A stretch of 46,325 nt of DNA from assembly GCF_048594945.1 (NCBI RefSeq), contig NZ_JBMDXJ010000333.1, forward strand, positions 1 through 46,325, given 5' to 3'. The notes beneath the pieces are model-generated. The model was not told where the DNA came from and ran no database searches. It worked only from the letters and a program-made list of their open reading frames with translations. Source of the stretch: Pseudactinotalea sp. (GTDB lineage: Bacteria > Actinomycetota > Actinomycetes > Actinomycetales > Beutenbergiaceae). The translations under genes and the position numbers were made by a program. Each line of letters begins with the position of its first letter. Position 1 is the stretch's first letter. This document shows, one piece after another, positions 37,055 to 45,941 of the stretch.

Positions 37055-38134
37055 TCAGTCCGGCGGTGCACCGGAGGTCTCCCCCGTGGCCAGCTCCACG
37101 GGCAGCAGGGTGCGTGGCGGGACCTGCTCGCCGCGCAGCAGTGCCGAGACGAGCTCGCCGGCCCGCCGCCCGCGCTCGTGCAGCGGTTGCCGCACGGTGG
37201 TCAGCGAGCGGCCCAGCCAGGGCATGTCGACGCCGTCGAACCCGGTGACGGTGACATCGCCCGGGACTGTGAGGTCCAACGCCTCCGCGGCCTGGATCGC
37301 GCCGGCCGCGAGCATGTCGTTCTGGGCGAGCAGCGCCGTAGGCCGGTCCTCGAGCTCGAGCATCCGGCGGGATGCAGCCGCACCGGCCGCCGCGTCGCGC
37401 CCTCCTGCCTCGACCCTGATGGCGTCCGGGAACACCGCCTGCACGGCCTCCAGCCGCCCGCGGATCGTGCGGTTGTCGATCTCACTCAGGCGCGCCCCGA
37501 TCGACTCCACCGGCCCTGGTCCGCCGCCGCGGCCCAGGCGCGTGGTGCGCATGACGACCCCCACCCGCCGGTGCCCCAGGGAGGCGACGTGCCTGGCCAT
37601 CTCGGCCATCCCGCCGTCGTCATCGATCTCTACGAGCGTGACTCCCTCGGCGTGGGGGCCCTCGATCCCCACGATCGGGACGCCACGTGCGCGCACGAGT
37701 GGGAGCAGGTGGTCGAACTCCTCGCCGCGGGTGGCGAACACGACCGCATCGACCGGCAGCATCCGCAACGGGTCGGGACGCTCGGGGGCGGGCTCGGCAC
37801 GCCCGGGCAGCAGCAGCTGACCGAAACCCCCGCTGTCGAGGACATCGGACAGACCGTCCATCGTGGCCACCGCGACCGGGTTCTGGAATGCCTGCCGCAC
37901 GCGCTCGGCGATGACGATCCCGATGATCCCGCTCCGACCGCTGCGGAGCGAGGACGCGACCGGGTCCGGGCCCTGGTAGCCGAGTCCCTCGGCCGCGGCG
38001 AGGATTCGCTCACGGGTCTCCGGCAGCACCCGATCCGACCGGCGATAGACGAGGGACGCCGTCGAGGTGGACACACCGGCCGCCGCCGCGACGTCAGCGA
38101 TCGTCGCGCGGCCCTGGCGACCTCGACCTGCCAT
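37055..38134 (-). CDS. LacI family transcriptional regulator
   Basis: ATIADVAAAAGVSTSTAS, LGHRRVG, NDMLAAG, VPGDVTVTGFDG, LTTVRQP; ATG at 38134. Confidence 0.94.
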   Translation of the reverse strand: MAGRGRQGRATIADVAAAAGVSTSTASLVYRRSDRVLPETRERILAAAEGLGYQGPDPVASSLRSGRSGIIGIVIAERVRQAFQNPVAVATMDGLSDVLDSGGFGQLLLPGRAEPAPERPDPLRMLPVDAVVFATRGEEFDHLLPLVRARGVPIVGIEGPHAEGVTLVEIDDDGGMAEMARHVASLGHRRVGVVMRTTRLGRGGGPGPVESIGARLSEIDNRTIRGRLEAVQAVFPDAIRVEAGGRDAAAGAAASRRMLELEDRPTALLAQNDMLAAGAIQAAEALDLTVPGDVTVTGFDGVDMPWLGRSLTTVRQPLHERGRRAGELVSALLRGEQVPPRTLLPVELATGETSGAPPD

Positions 38135-38167
38135 GTGCCACCCCTTCCTCGGCGTCACACTAGCGCC

Positions 38168-38302
38168 CGCCGTAACGATGCGATACGTTCGTCCGATCCT
38201 CCCATCGCAACGTTGCGATGAGTTCCCCGGTGACTCGGGATCCCGTTGCTCAGCGTTCACGCGGAGGACACCCCGGACGCTTTGCATACGAACGTTGCGA
38301 TG
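38168..38302. promoter_or_regulatory. Three LacI-type operators
   Basis: Perfect 18-bp palindrome CATCGCAACGTTGCGATG (38203-38220), a 15/18 copy (38285-38302) and a 13/18 copy (38168-38185); central CG as in LacI-family operators. Confidence 0.85.
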
Positions 38303-38344
38303 CCCGTCGCAGCACCCGATCGCTCCTCGAAGGGAACCACCACC

Positions 38345-39511
38345 GTGATCTCGAAGCGACTCCTCACGGCCGGGATCGCCGGCCTCTGCACCGTGGCGCT
38401 CGCCACCGCCTGCGGACCGGTCTCCTCGAACGAGTCCGGCAGCACCGGCGACGACGAGGGGGGCGACGGCGCGAGCACCGTCACCATCTTCATCTCCGGC
38501 GACACCAATCTCGTCGACCTCTGGGAGCAGGGCATCATTCCCGCGTACGAGGAGGCCAACCCCGGCGTGAACGTGGAGGTCACACTCGACCTGCACGGCG
38601 AGCACGACCAGCAGACCGTCGCCAAGCTCGTCACCGCCACCGAGGCCGGCGACGACCCGGGCTTCGACCTCGTGGACGCCGGCTTCGTCATCTCGAGTGC
38701 GGCGGAAGCCGGAACGCTGCTCGAGATCGAAGCCGGCAGCATCGCCGGCCTCGACAGCGTCCCAGAGGACACGGTGACTGCGGGCAAGGGCGTCGGCATC
38801 CCCTATCGCGCCTCCTCGGTGCTGTTGGCCTACGACAGCACGGTGATCGACACCCCGCCCGCGACACTCGATGAGCTGCTCACCTGGATCGAGGACAACC
38901 CCGGCGAGTTCGCCTACAACTCGCCCTCGACGGGTGGGTCCGGCGGAGCGTTCGTCACCACGGTGCTCGACAGCTACCTCACCCAGGAGGAGCAGGACGC
39001 GCTGCGCGTGGCCTACGACGAAGACCTCCAGGAGAAGTGGACGCCCGGGTTCGAGCGCCTGAACGAGCTGGGTGCGTCCGTGTATCAGGGCGGCGTCTAC
39101 CCCAACGGCAACTCCCAGGTGCTCGAGCTGCTCGGCAACGGTGGCATCTCGATGGCGCCCGTGTGGAGCGATCAGTTCATCACCGCGGTGGAGACCGGGC
39201 TGATCTCCGAGGAGGTGCACTACACGCAGATCAGCGACCCGTCCTTCACCGGGAGTGCCTCCTATCTCGGCATCCCCCGGACCGCGGACAACACCGAGGG
39301 CGCGATCGACCTGGTGAACTTCGTGCTCAGCCCTGAGGGACAGACGATCATTGCCGAGCAGATCTCCGGCTACCCGGTGATCGCGCTCGACCAGCTCCCC
39401 GAGGACATCGCCGAGCAGTTCGCCGATGCCGACCCCAGCGCGCTGCGTCCCGGTTACTACAGCGACAACAACAACGACATGAGCAACCTGTGGGACCAGC
39501 TCGTCCCGTGA
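38345..39511 (+). CDS. Extracellular solute-binding lipoprotein (PotD/AfuA-like)
   Basis: GTG start, lipobox ATAC, IPYRASSVLLAYD, YNSPSTGGSG, FVLSPEGQ. Confidence 0.88.
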   Translation: MISKRLLTAGIAGLCTVALATACGPVSSNESGSTGDDEGGDGASTVTIFISGDTNLVDLWEQGIIPAYEEANPGVNVEVTLDLHGEHDQQTVAKLVTATEAGDDPGFDLVDAGFVISSAAEAGTLLEIEAGSIAGLDSVPEDTVTAGKGVGIPYRASSVLLAYDSTVIDTPPATLDELLTWIEDNPGEFAYNSPSTGGSGGAFVTTVLDSYLTQEEQDALRVAYDEDLQEKWTPGFERLNELGASVYQGGVYPNGNSQVLELLGNGGISMAPVWSDQFITAVETGLISEEVHYTQISDPSFTGSASYLGIPRTADNTEGAIDLVNFVLSPEGQTIIAEQISGYPVIALDQLPEDIAEQFADADPSALRPGYYSDNNNDMSNLWDQLVP

Positions 39512-40455
39512 GCGCGACCCGCAGCCGACCCGGCCGCGCCCGCCCCAGCAGCGCGGCCCGCCACGCAGAACGTCGACGCGCGGCGGTCGGGTTCTCGATG
39601 GCTCTGCCTCCGGTGCTGGTGATCCTGTTGTTCGTCGGGGTGCCGGTGCTGCTGGCGATCGGCTTCAGCTTCGGCATGACCGGCGGCCTCAACCGCACCG
39701 CCGCCCTGATCGGGCAGAACGTCTACACCGCTGACGGGCTGGTCACCGGCGCCGCCTACAAGCAGCTCTTCGCCGACCCACGGTTCTTCCGGGATCTGGT
39801 GGCCACGGTGCTCGTCACCGTGGTCACCACCCTCACGGTGCTGACCATGGCGATCGGGATCGCGGTGCTGCTGCGGCTCCGTGCAGGCTGGGCGTCCTCG
39901 ATGCTCTCCGGTCTGGGTGTGGTGCCGCTGTTCATCCCGGTGGTGATCGCTTCCTGGGCGATTCTCAACTTCTACTCGGGCGACGGGTTCCTGCGCAGCC
40001 TGTTCGCCCAGTTCGGGGCCGAGGCTCCGATCTTCGGGTTCACGGTCACCGGGGTGATCATCGCCTCGGTCTGGGTGAACCTGCCGTTCGCACTGCTGAT
40101 GTCCACCTCCGGCATGCAAGGCATCCCTGACGCGCTGATCGACGCCGCCCGCGACGCCGGAGCCAGCACCGCCACGATCGTGTTCCGGATCCTCGTCCCG
40201 CTCGCCGGCATCCCGCTGATCATCGCGGGGACGTTCACGGCGATCGGGGTGCTGGGACAGTTCACGGTCCCCTACTTCACCGGACCGAACGCGCCCCAGC
40301 AGCTGGGGGTGGACATCAGCAAGTACTTCCAGTCCTTCAACCAGCCGCAGCAGGCTGCCGCGATCGCCGTGGTGGTGTTCGTGATCGCTTCCGGGGTGGC
40401 CGCCACCTACGTGTGGGCGAACTTCCGCTCCGCCAAGTCCGAAGGGCGCGTCTGA
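39508..40455 (+). CDS. ABC transporter permease
   Basis: GTGA overlap; about six TM segments; IPDALIDAARDAGAS EAA loop. Confidence 0.9.
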   Translation: MSATRSRPGRARPSSAARHAERRRAAVGFSMALPPVLVILLFVGVPVLLAIGFSFGMTGGLNRTAALIGQNVYTADGLVTGAAYKQLFADPRFFRDLVATVLVTVVTTLTVLTMAIGIAVLLRLRAGWASSMLSGLGVVPLFIPVVIASWAILNFYSGDGFLRSLFAQFGAEAPIFGFTVTGVIIASVWVNLPFALLMSTSGMQGIPDALIDAARDAGASTATIVFRILVPLAGIPLIIAGTFTAIGVLGQFTVPYFTGPNAPQQLGVDISKYFQSFNQPQQAAAIAVVVFVIASGVAATYVWANFRSAKSEGRV

Positions 40456-41276
40456 TGAGCTCGACCACACGCAACCCGGGCGGCCGCATCCTCACCACCG
40501 TGCTGATCGTGCTGGTGGCGGGCTTCATCCTCGGCCCGCTGATCTGGCTCGGCATGCACGCGTTCGCGACGCGCTGGCGCTACCCCAACCTGCTGCCGGA
40601 AGGGTGGACGCTCGACTGGTGGCGCGTGGTGTTCGCCGAGCCCGAGCTGTTCGGGGCCATGCAGAACACGTTGTTCTTCGCACCGGTCACGGTGCTGCTG
40701 TCGGCGCTGATCTGCCTGCCTGCCGCCTATGCGTTCTCGCGCTTCAACTTCCCCGGACGGCGGATCTTCCTCATCGGTCTGTTCGCCACCAACGCGTTCC
40801 CCAAGATGGGTCTGTTCGTGGCGATGGCCACGGTCTTCTATGGGCTCAATCTCATGGAGACGGCGCTCGGCATCGTGATCGTCCACCTGATCGGGACCGT
40901 GGTCTTCATGACGTGGATCCCGGCGGCGGCGTTCTCCTCGGTTCCGCGCTCGCTGGAGGAGGCGGCGCGCGACGCGGGTGCGGGCAAGCTGCGGGTGTTC
41001 CTCACCGTCACTCTGCCGCTGGCCATGCCGGGGATCCTCGTGGCCTGCGTGATGAGCTTCCTCGCGTCCTTCGACGAGGCGCAGGGCACCTACCTGGTGG
41101 GGGCGCCGTCGTACATGACGATGCCCACCGAGATGTACTCGCTGGTGCTCAACTACCCCAAGCAGGTCGCGGCCGTGTTCGCGATCCTGCTCTCGATCCC
41201 CTCCGTGGTCCTGCTGCTGCTGACCCGCCGCTACATCATGGGCGGGCAGCTGGCCGAGGGCTTCCAGATCCGTTAG
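40455..41276 (+). CDS. ABC transporter permease
   Basis: TGATG overlap; LEEAARDAGAG, FLASFDEAQGT. Confidence 0.9.
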   Translation: MSSTTRNPGGRILTTVLIVLVAGFILGPLIWLGMHAFATRWRYPNLLPEGWTLDWWRVVFAEPELFGAMQNTLFFAPVTVLLSALICLPAAYAFSRFNFPGRRIFLIGLFATNAFPKMGLFVAMATVFYGLNLMETALGIVIVHLIGTVVFMTWIPAAAFSSVPRSLEEAARDAGAGKLRVFLTVTLPLAMPGILVACVMSFLASFDEAQGTYLVGAPSYMTMPTEMYSLVLNYPKQVAAVFAILLSIPSVVLLLLTRRYIMGGQLAEGFQIR

Positions 41277-41283
41277 GACCGAC

Positions 41284-42300
41284 GTGACCGAATCCTCCAC
41301 CACACCCGGCCTGCGGCTCGCAGGCATCAGCAAGGTGCTCGGCGGCCGCACGATCGTCGACGACCTGCACCTCGACATCGCGCCCGGCGAGATGGTCTCG
41401 CTGCTCGGCCCCTCAGGGTGCGGAAAGACGACGACGCTCCGTCTGATCGCTGGATTCCTCCACCCCGACCAGGGCACGGTCGAGGTGGCCGGCACCGACA
41501 TCACCCGCCTGGGCCCCGAGCGGCGCCCGAGCGCGATGGTGTTCCAGAACTATGCGCTCTGGCCGCACATGAGCATCACCAAGAACGTGGCCTTTCCCCT
41601 CAAGGTCGCGCGGGTCCCGCGCACGGAGGTGAAGGAGCGCGTGGCCGAGGTGCTGGAGCTCGTCGGCCTCTCGCACCACGCCGACTCGCGACCCGCGCAT
41701 ATCTCCGGAGGCGAGCAGCAGCGCGCCGCGCTCGCCCGTGCGCTGGTGCAGCGACCGCAGCTGCTGCTCCTCGACGAGCCGCTCTCCAACCTCGACGCCA
41801 AGCTCCGGGTGCGTGTCCGCGAGGAGATCCGCGACATCCAGCAACGGCTCGGCATCACGACCGTGCTGGTCACGCACGACCAGGAGGAGGCTCTGTCGGT
41901 CTCGGACCGGGTCGCCGTGATGAGCGAGGGGCGGATCGAGCAGGTCTCCACGCCCGCCGAGTTGTACCGCGCGCCCGCCACCGCGTTCGTGGCCGGCTTC
42001 ATCGGGTCCAGCAACACGATCCCTGCACTCGACCTGGGCGAGGGTGAACCCGGCGCCGAGTGGATGGTGCGGCCCGAGGATGTCCGTCTGGATCCTGCTG
42101 GCATGCCCGGCGTCGTCACGCGCGTGCTCCCGCACGGGCATTACGCCGAGGTCGTGGTCCAGGTCAACGACACGAACCTGCGGGCCTTCGTGACGGGTGA
42201 GCCACCCGAGCCCGGTGACGAGGTCGGCGTGCGGATCTCGCGCGCGCTCCGGTACCGCGATGGCAAGCTCGACGACGCACCCGTGACGGTTCCCGCGTGA
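41284..42300 (+). CDS. ABC transporter ATP-binding protein (PotA-like)
   Basis: GPSGCGKT, ISGGEQQR, LLLLDEP, VTHDQEEA, TOBE-like C-terminus. Confidence 0.95.
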   Translation: MTESSTTPGLRLAGISKVLGGRTIVDDLHLDIAPGEMVSLLGPSGCGKTTTLRLIAGFLHPDQGTVEVAGTDITRLGPERRPSAMVFQNYALWPHMSITKNVAFPLKVARVPRTEVKERVAEVLELVGLSHHADSRPAHISGGEQQRAALARALVQRPQLLLLDEPLSNLDAKLRVRVREEIRDIQQRLGITTVLVTHDQEEALSVSDRVAVMSEGRIEQVSTPAELYRAPATAFVAGFIGSSNTIPALDLGEGEPGAEWMVRPEDVRLDPAGMPGVVTRVLPHGHYAEVVVQVNDTNLRAFVTGEPPEPGDEVGVRISRALRYRDGKLDDAPVTVPA

Positions 42301-43850
42301 CCGGCCCCCGGCTGGTCGCCCACCGCGGACTGCACGGCAACGCAGGCGGCGGCGCACGCGAGAACACGCTCGCGGCCGTGCAGGCTGCCCTCGATGCCGG
42401 CCTCACCTGGATCGAGATCGACGTCCGTGTCACCTCCGACGCGCACGTGGTGCTCCTGCACGACCCCACGCTCGAGCGACTGTGGGGTGATCCGCGTGCC
42501 ATCACCGACGTCTCCCTGGACGAGGTCCGTGAGCTGGGCGGCGGTCAACGCCGGATCCCCTTGCTCACTGAGGCGCTCGCGCTCGTCGCGGGCACCGACG
42601 CCACGTTGCTGATCGACATCGACGACGCGGACGTGGCTCCGACCGCAGCGCAGCTCGTCGCCACGAGCGAGACGAAGGCGCGCACCGCCTGGTGCGGGCA
42701 TCCCAACGCGATGCGTCAGGTGCGCGAGGTGATCCCCGAGGCGGCTGTGTGGACCCCCTGGTACTCCGCCGAGCCACCCGTCGCGGCCGATCTCCACGGC
42801 GTGACGCTGATCAACGCCCAGCACCTGCTCGTGGGACCCGCGTTCGTCGAGGCGATGCACGCCCAGGGTGTCGAGGTCGCCGTCTGGACCGTCGACGACG
42901 CGGCTCAGGCCGCGCATCTGGCCGCGATCGGTGTCGACTCGATCACCACCAACCGGGCCCAGGTCGTGGCATCCGCAGTGGCATCCGGGACGGTCGACGA
43001 CCGCGCCCGGCAGGCGTCGATCGCGCTCGAGCTCGCCGACCACGCGGCTGAGGCCACGGCGCGAGCCCGGCGCGTCGGCGTCGGGCCTGTCGAGACCAAG
43101 ACCGGCCCGGCCGATCACGTCACCGAGGTGGATCGCGAGATCGAGCGCCGGGTGCGGGAGGTGCTCAGGGCGCAGTTCCCCGACCATGACATGGTCGGCG
43201 AGGAGTACGGCGGTACGCACGACGGCGATCGGCCGTGCTGGTACCTCGACCCGGTGGATGGCACCGCGAACCTGGCCAACGGGTTCCCGTGGACCAGCTT
43301 CTCGCTCGCCCTCGTGGAGAACGACCGACCCGTGGTCGGCGTCGTTCTCGACCCGGTCTCGGACCGCCCGGACGGCGGTCCGACGCCGGTCCCCGTGCTC
43401 GCGATCGAGGGCCGCGGCAGCTGGCGGGCGGGCGAGCAGCTGCGGACGTCGCCGAACCTCGGTGCCGACCCGCTCTCGGGTGCGCTGGTGATCACCGAGC
43501 TCGACGGAGCGCGTGCGTGGCCGGGCCTGCACGACCTGCTCGATGCGCTCGCCGAGCGACACTGCACGATGCGCGTGCCGGGTTCGGGCACAGCGACGCT
43601 CGCCGGCATCGCGATGGGGCGCGGGGTCGCCGCGATCATCCACCGATACAGCCCGCTCGACCACGCGGCCGCTGCCCTGGTGGTACTCGAAGCAGGCGGC
43701 ACCGTGCTCGACGGCCACGGCGAGCCGAACCCGCACCCGGTCGGCAGCACGGTCGTCGCGGGAGCCGATGAGCGCGCCGCCACCGCGCTGTGGCGGCAGT
43801 GGCAGGAGACCTCCCCGTGGGAGCACGATCTGGGGTCCCGAACAGCGTAG
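42297..43850 (+). CDS. Fusion of glycerophosphodiester phosphodiesterase (N-terminal) and inositol monophosphatase-family domain (C-terminal)
   Basis: GDPD: VAHRG, RENTLAA, IEIDV, VLLHD, VWTVDD, GVDSITTN. IMPase: KTGPADHVTEVD, GEE, WYLDPVDGT.N, GSG, PLDHAAA. Confidence 0.9.
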   Translation: MTGPRLVAHRGLHGNAGGGARENTLAAVQAALDAGLTWIEIDVRVTSDAHVVLLHDPTLERLWGDPRAITDVSLDEVRELGGGQRRIPLLTEALALVAGTDATLLIDIDDADVAPTAAQLVATSETKARTAWCGHPNAMRQVREVIPEAAVWTPWYSAEPPVAADLHGVTLINAQHLLVGPAFVEAMHAQGVEVAVWTVDDAAQAAHLAAIGVDSITTNRAQVVASAVASGTVDDRARQASIALELADHAAEATARARRVGVGPVETKTGPADHVTEVDREIERRVREVLRAQFPDHDMVGEEYGGTHDGDRPCWYLDPVDGTANLANGFPWTSFSLALVENDRPVVGVVLDPVSDRPDGGPTPVPVLAIEGRGSWRAGEQLRTSPNLGADPLSGALVITELDGARAWPGLHDLLDALAERHCTMRVPGSGTATLAGIAMGRGVAAIIHRYSPLDHAAAALVVLEAGGTVLDGHGEPNPHPVGSTVVAGADERAATALWRQWQETSPWEHDLGSRTA

Positions 43851-43900
43851 GCCTCACGATGGCGATGTCACCGGGGAGCTGGGCGCCTCGCGGCTGCGGT

Positions 43901-43990
43901 GTTGCAGAAGTGTCCACCAGGGCGCACGGTGCAACGGCGACACGAGCGAGAGGTAGTAGCAGTGTCCACGAGGGCGGCTTGTGCGACGGC
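43901..43990. repeat. Tandem 38-nt imperfect direct repeat, period 52
   Basis: 43901-43938 and 43953-43990 match at 29/38 positions (core AGTGTCCACnAGGGCG); unit 1 is bounded by GTTGCA...TGCAAC. Confidence 0.7.
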
Positions 43991-44064
43991 ACGGCAGTCG
44001 CCGGCCTACGAACAGCGGCTCCGTGCGCCGGAGCCTGTCCGAGGGCGCCAGTAACTTGGGCACC

Positions 44065-45222
44065 ATGCTCACCACACTCGCGGTCTCCGGCTACCGCTCG
44101 TTGCGCGACGTCGTGGTCGAGCTCGGCCAGATCACCGTGGTCACGGGCGCCAACGGCTCGGGGAAGTCGAGCCTGTACCGGGCGCTGCGGCTCCTGACCG
44201 ACGCGGCTCGCGGCGAGGCCGTGTCCGCGCTGGCGCGCGAGGGTGGCCTGCCCTCCACGCTCTGGGCCGGGCCGGAGACGATCTCTGGGGCGATGCGTCG
44301 CGGCGAGGTCCCGGTCCAGGGCACTCGCCGCAGCGGGCCGGTGCGGCTTCAGATCGGCTTCGCGAGCGACGGCCTCGGCTACGCGATGGACCTTGGGCTC
44401 CCGAAGCGGGACATGCCCACCCGCTTCGAGCTGGACCCGGAGATCAAGGCCGAGCACGTGTGGAGCGGTCCGGTCCCACGCCCGGCCGCCCTGCTGGCGC
44501 AGCGGCACGGGGCCGTCGCGACCACTCGGACCGACGAGGGCTGGGACGAGCTCACGCTCTCGCTCCCGACCTACTCCTCGATGCTCGCCGAGCTGGCCGA
44601 CCCCACCCGCGCGCCCGAGCTGCTGACGCTACGCGAGCAGATGCGGGGGTGGCGCTTCTACGACCACCTGCGCACCGACGCCCACGCACCGGCGCGCGCT
44701 GCGAGCGTCGGCACCCGCACTCCCGTGCTCGGCGGTGACGGTGCCGATCTCGCCGCGGCGATCGCCACCATCATCGAGATCGGCCGCGCTGACACCCTGG
44801 CCGAGGCGGTCTCCCGCGCGTTCGAGGGGTCGCGCTTGCAGATCGAGGTGGAGAACGGCCGCTTCACGCTGCTGCTGCAGCAACCAGGGATGTTACGGCC
44901 GCTGCGCGCTGACGAGCTCTCCGACGGCACGCTGCGGTACCTGCTGCTCGCTGCAGCGCTGCTCAGCCCGAGGCCGCCCGAGCTGTTCGTCCTCAACGAG
45001 CCGGAGACCTCACTGCACCCTGACCTGCTGGCACCCTTGGCCGAGATGGTGCGCGCCGCAGCAGAGCGCACCCAGATCGTGCTCGTGACCCACTCCGCCC
45101 CGCTGGCGGCGGCGCTGGGCGATGATGTCACCCGCGTGGAGCTGGTCAAGGAACTCGGCGAGACGCAGGTCGCCGAGCAGGGACTACTCACGCGTCCGTC
45201 CTGGTCGTGGCCGAAGCGATAG
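44065..45222 (+). CDS. AAA_21/COG4637-type ABC-fold ATPase
   Basis: GYRSLR, GANGSGKS, ELSDGTLRY, VLNEPETSLHPD, VTHS; ATG 7 nt after TAACTT. Confidence 0.88.
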   Translation: MLTTLAVSGYRSLRDVVVELGQITVVTGANGSGKSSLYRALRLLTDAARGEAVSALAREGGLPSTLWAGPETISGAMRRGEVPVQGTRRSGPVRLQIGFASDGLGYAMDLGLPKRDMPTRFELDPEIKAEHVWSGPVPRPAALLAQRHGAVATTRTDEGWDELTLSLPTYSSMLAELADPTRAPELLTLREQMRGWRFYDHLRTDAHAPARAASVGTRTPVLGGDGADLAAAIATIIEIGRADTLAEAVSRAFEGSRLQIEVENGRFTLLLQQPGMLRPLRADELSDGTLRYLLLAAALLSPRPPELFVLNEPETSLHPDLLAPLAEMVRAAAERTQIVLVTHSAPLAAALGDDVTRVELVKELGETQVAEQGLLTRPSWSWPKR

Positions 45223-45238
45223 AGAGGAGAACCCCACC

Positions 45239-45712
45239 ATCTTTCACATCGTCTTCTACGAGCCGCGTATCCCCGGGAACACCGGCAGCGCCATCCGCCT
45301 GGCAGCGGTCACGGGCAGCACGCTGCACCTTGTCGAGCCGCTCGGCTTCGATCTCTCGGAAGCCAAGCTGCGCCGGGCGGGACTGGACTATCACGACCTG
45401 GCGAACGTCGTCGTCCATCCCGACTGGGAGGCGACCCTGGCGCACCTGAGCGAGCATGGCACCGGGCGGATCTTCGCGTTCACCGGGCGCGCGAGCACCG
45501 GGTTCCACGAGATCTCCTACCAGCCGGGCGACGCACTGCTGCTCGGTCCCGAACCTGACGGTCTGCCCGATCACCTCCTCGACGATGTCCGCCTCACCGA
45601 GCTGGTCCGGATTCCGATGCAGCCGAGCGTGCGGTCGCTCAACCTCGCGAACGCCGCATCGATCGCCGTCTACGAGGCCTGGCGCCAGCACGGCTACGAC
45701 AGCGGGGTCTAG
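45239..45712 (+). CDS. trmL: tRNA (cytidine(34)-2'-O)-methyltransferase, apparent ATC start codon
   Basis: FHIVFYEPRIPGNTG, LHLVEPLGF, LRRAGLDY, GPEPDGL, RIPM..RSLNLAN; RBS AGAGGAG upstream. Confidence 0.92.
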   Translation: MFHIVFYEPRIPGNTGSAIRLAAVTGSTLHLVEPLGFDLSEAKLRRAGLDYHDLANVVVHPDWEATLAHLSEHGTGRIFAFTGRASTGFHEISYQPGDALLLGPEPDGLPDHLLDDVRLTELVRIPMQPSVRSLNLANAASIAVYEAWRQHGYDSGV

Positions 45713-45850
45713 GTTTCCTTGGTCGCTCGGGTCTGCGCCCTCCAGAAGGTCATCCGGCTCTCCGGACTGATCCGCGGGGACATGGTTGCGTACGCGGCGT
45801 TGCCACGAGCTGCATCACGGGTCCTCTCGGGAACCCACGCGGGGGCTGAA

Positions 45851-45941
45851 GCGTGACTGGCGTGCCATGTGGGCGCCTCTGTCACGCCGAAGGCCACCGT
45901 GGCGTGAGAGGCGTGCCGGCATGGCAGCTGAGTCACGCCGA
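45851..45941. repeat. Tandem 40-nt imperfect direct repeat with inverted ends, period 51
   Basis: 45851-45890 and 45902-45941 match at 29/40 positions: GCGTGA..GGCGTGCC...GTCACGCCGA. Confidence 0.7.

Noticed and set aside
38135-39220. 721-aa version of the LacI ORF
   Set aside because: Extension is antisense to the binding-protein gene; the HTH starts right after ATG 38134
41266-41292. Possible third SigK promoter (AGATCC-N16-CCGAA)
   Set aside because: Mismatched -35, wrong spacing, and it overlaps the start of a mid-operon gene
43901-45941. Short direct-repeat pairs as possible mini CRISPR arrays
   Set aside because: Only two degenerate units each, spacers of 11-14 nt, and no cas genes
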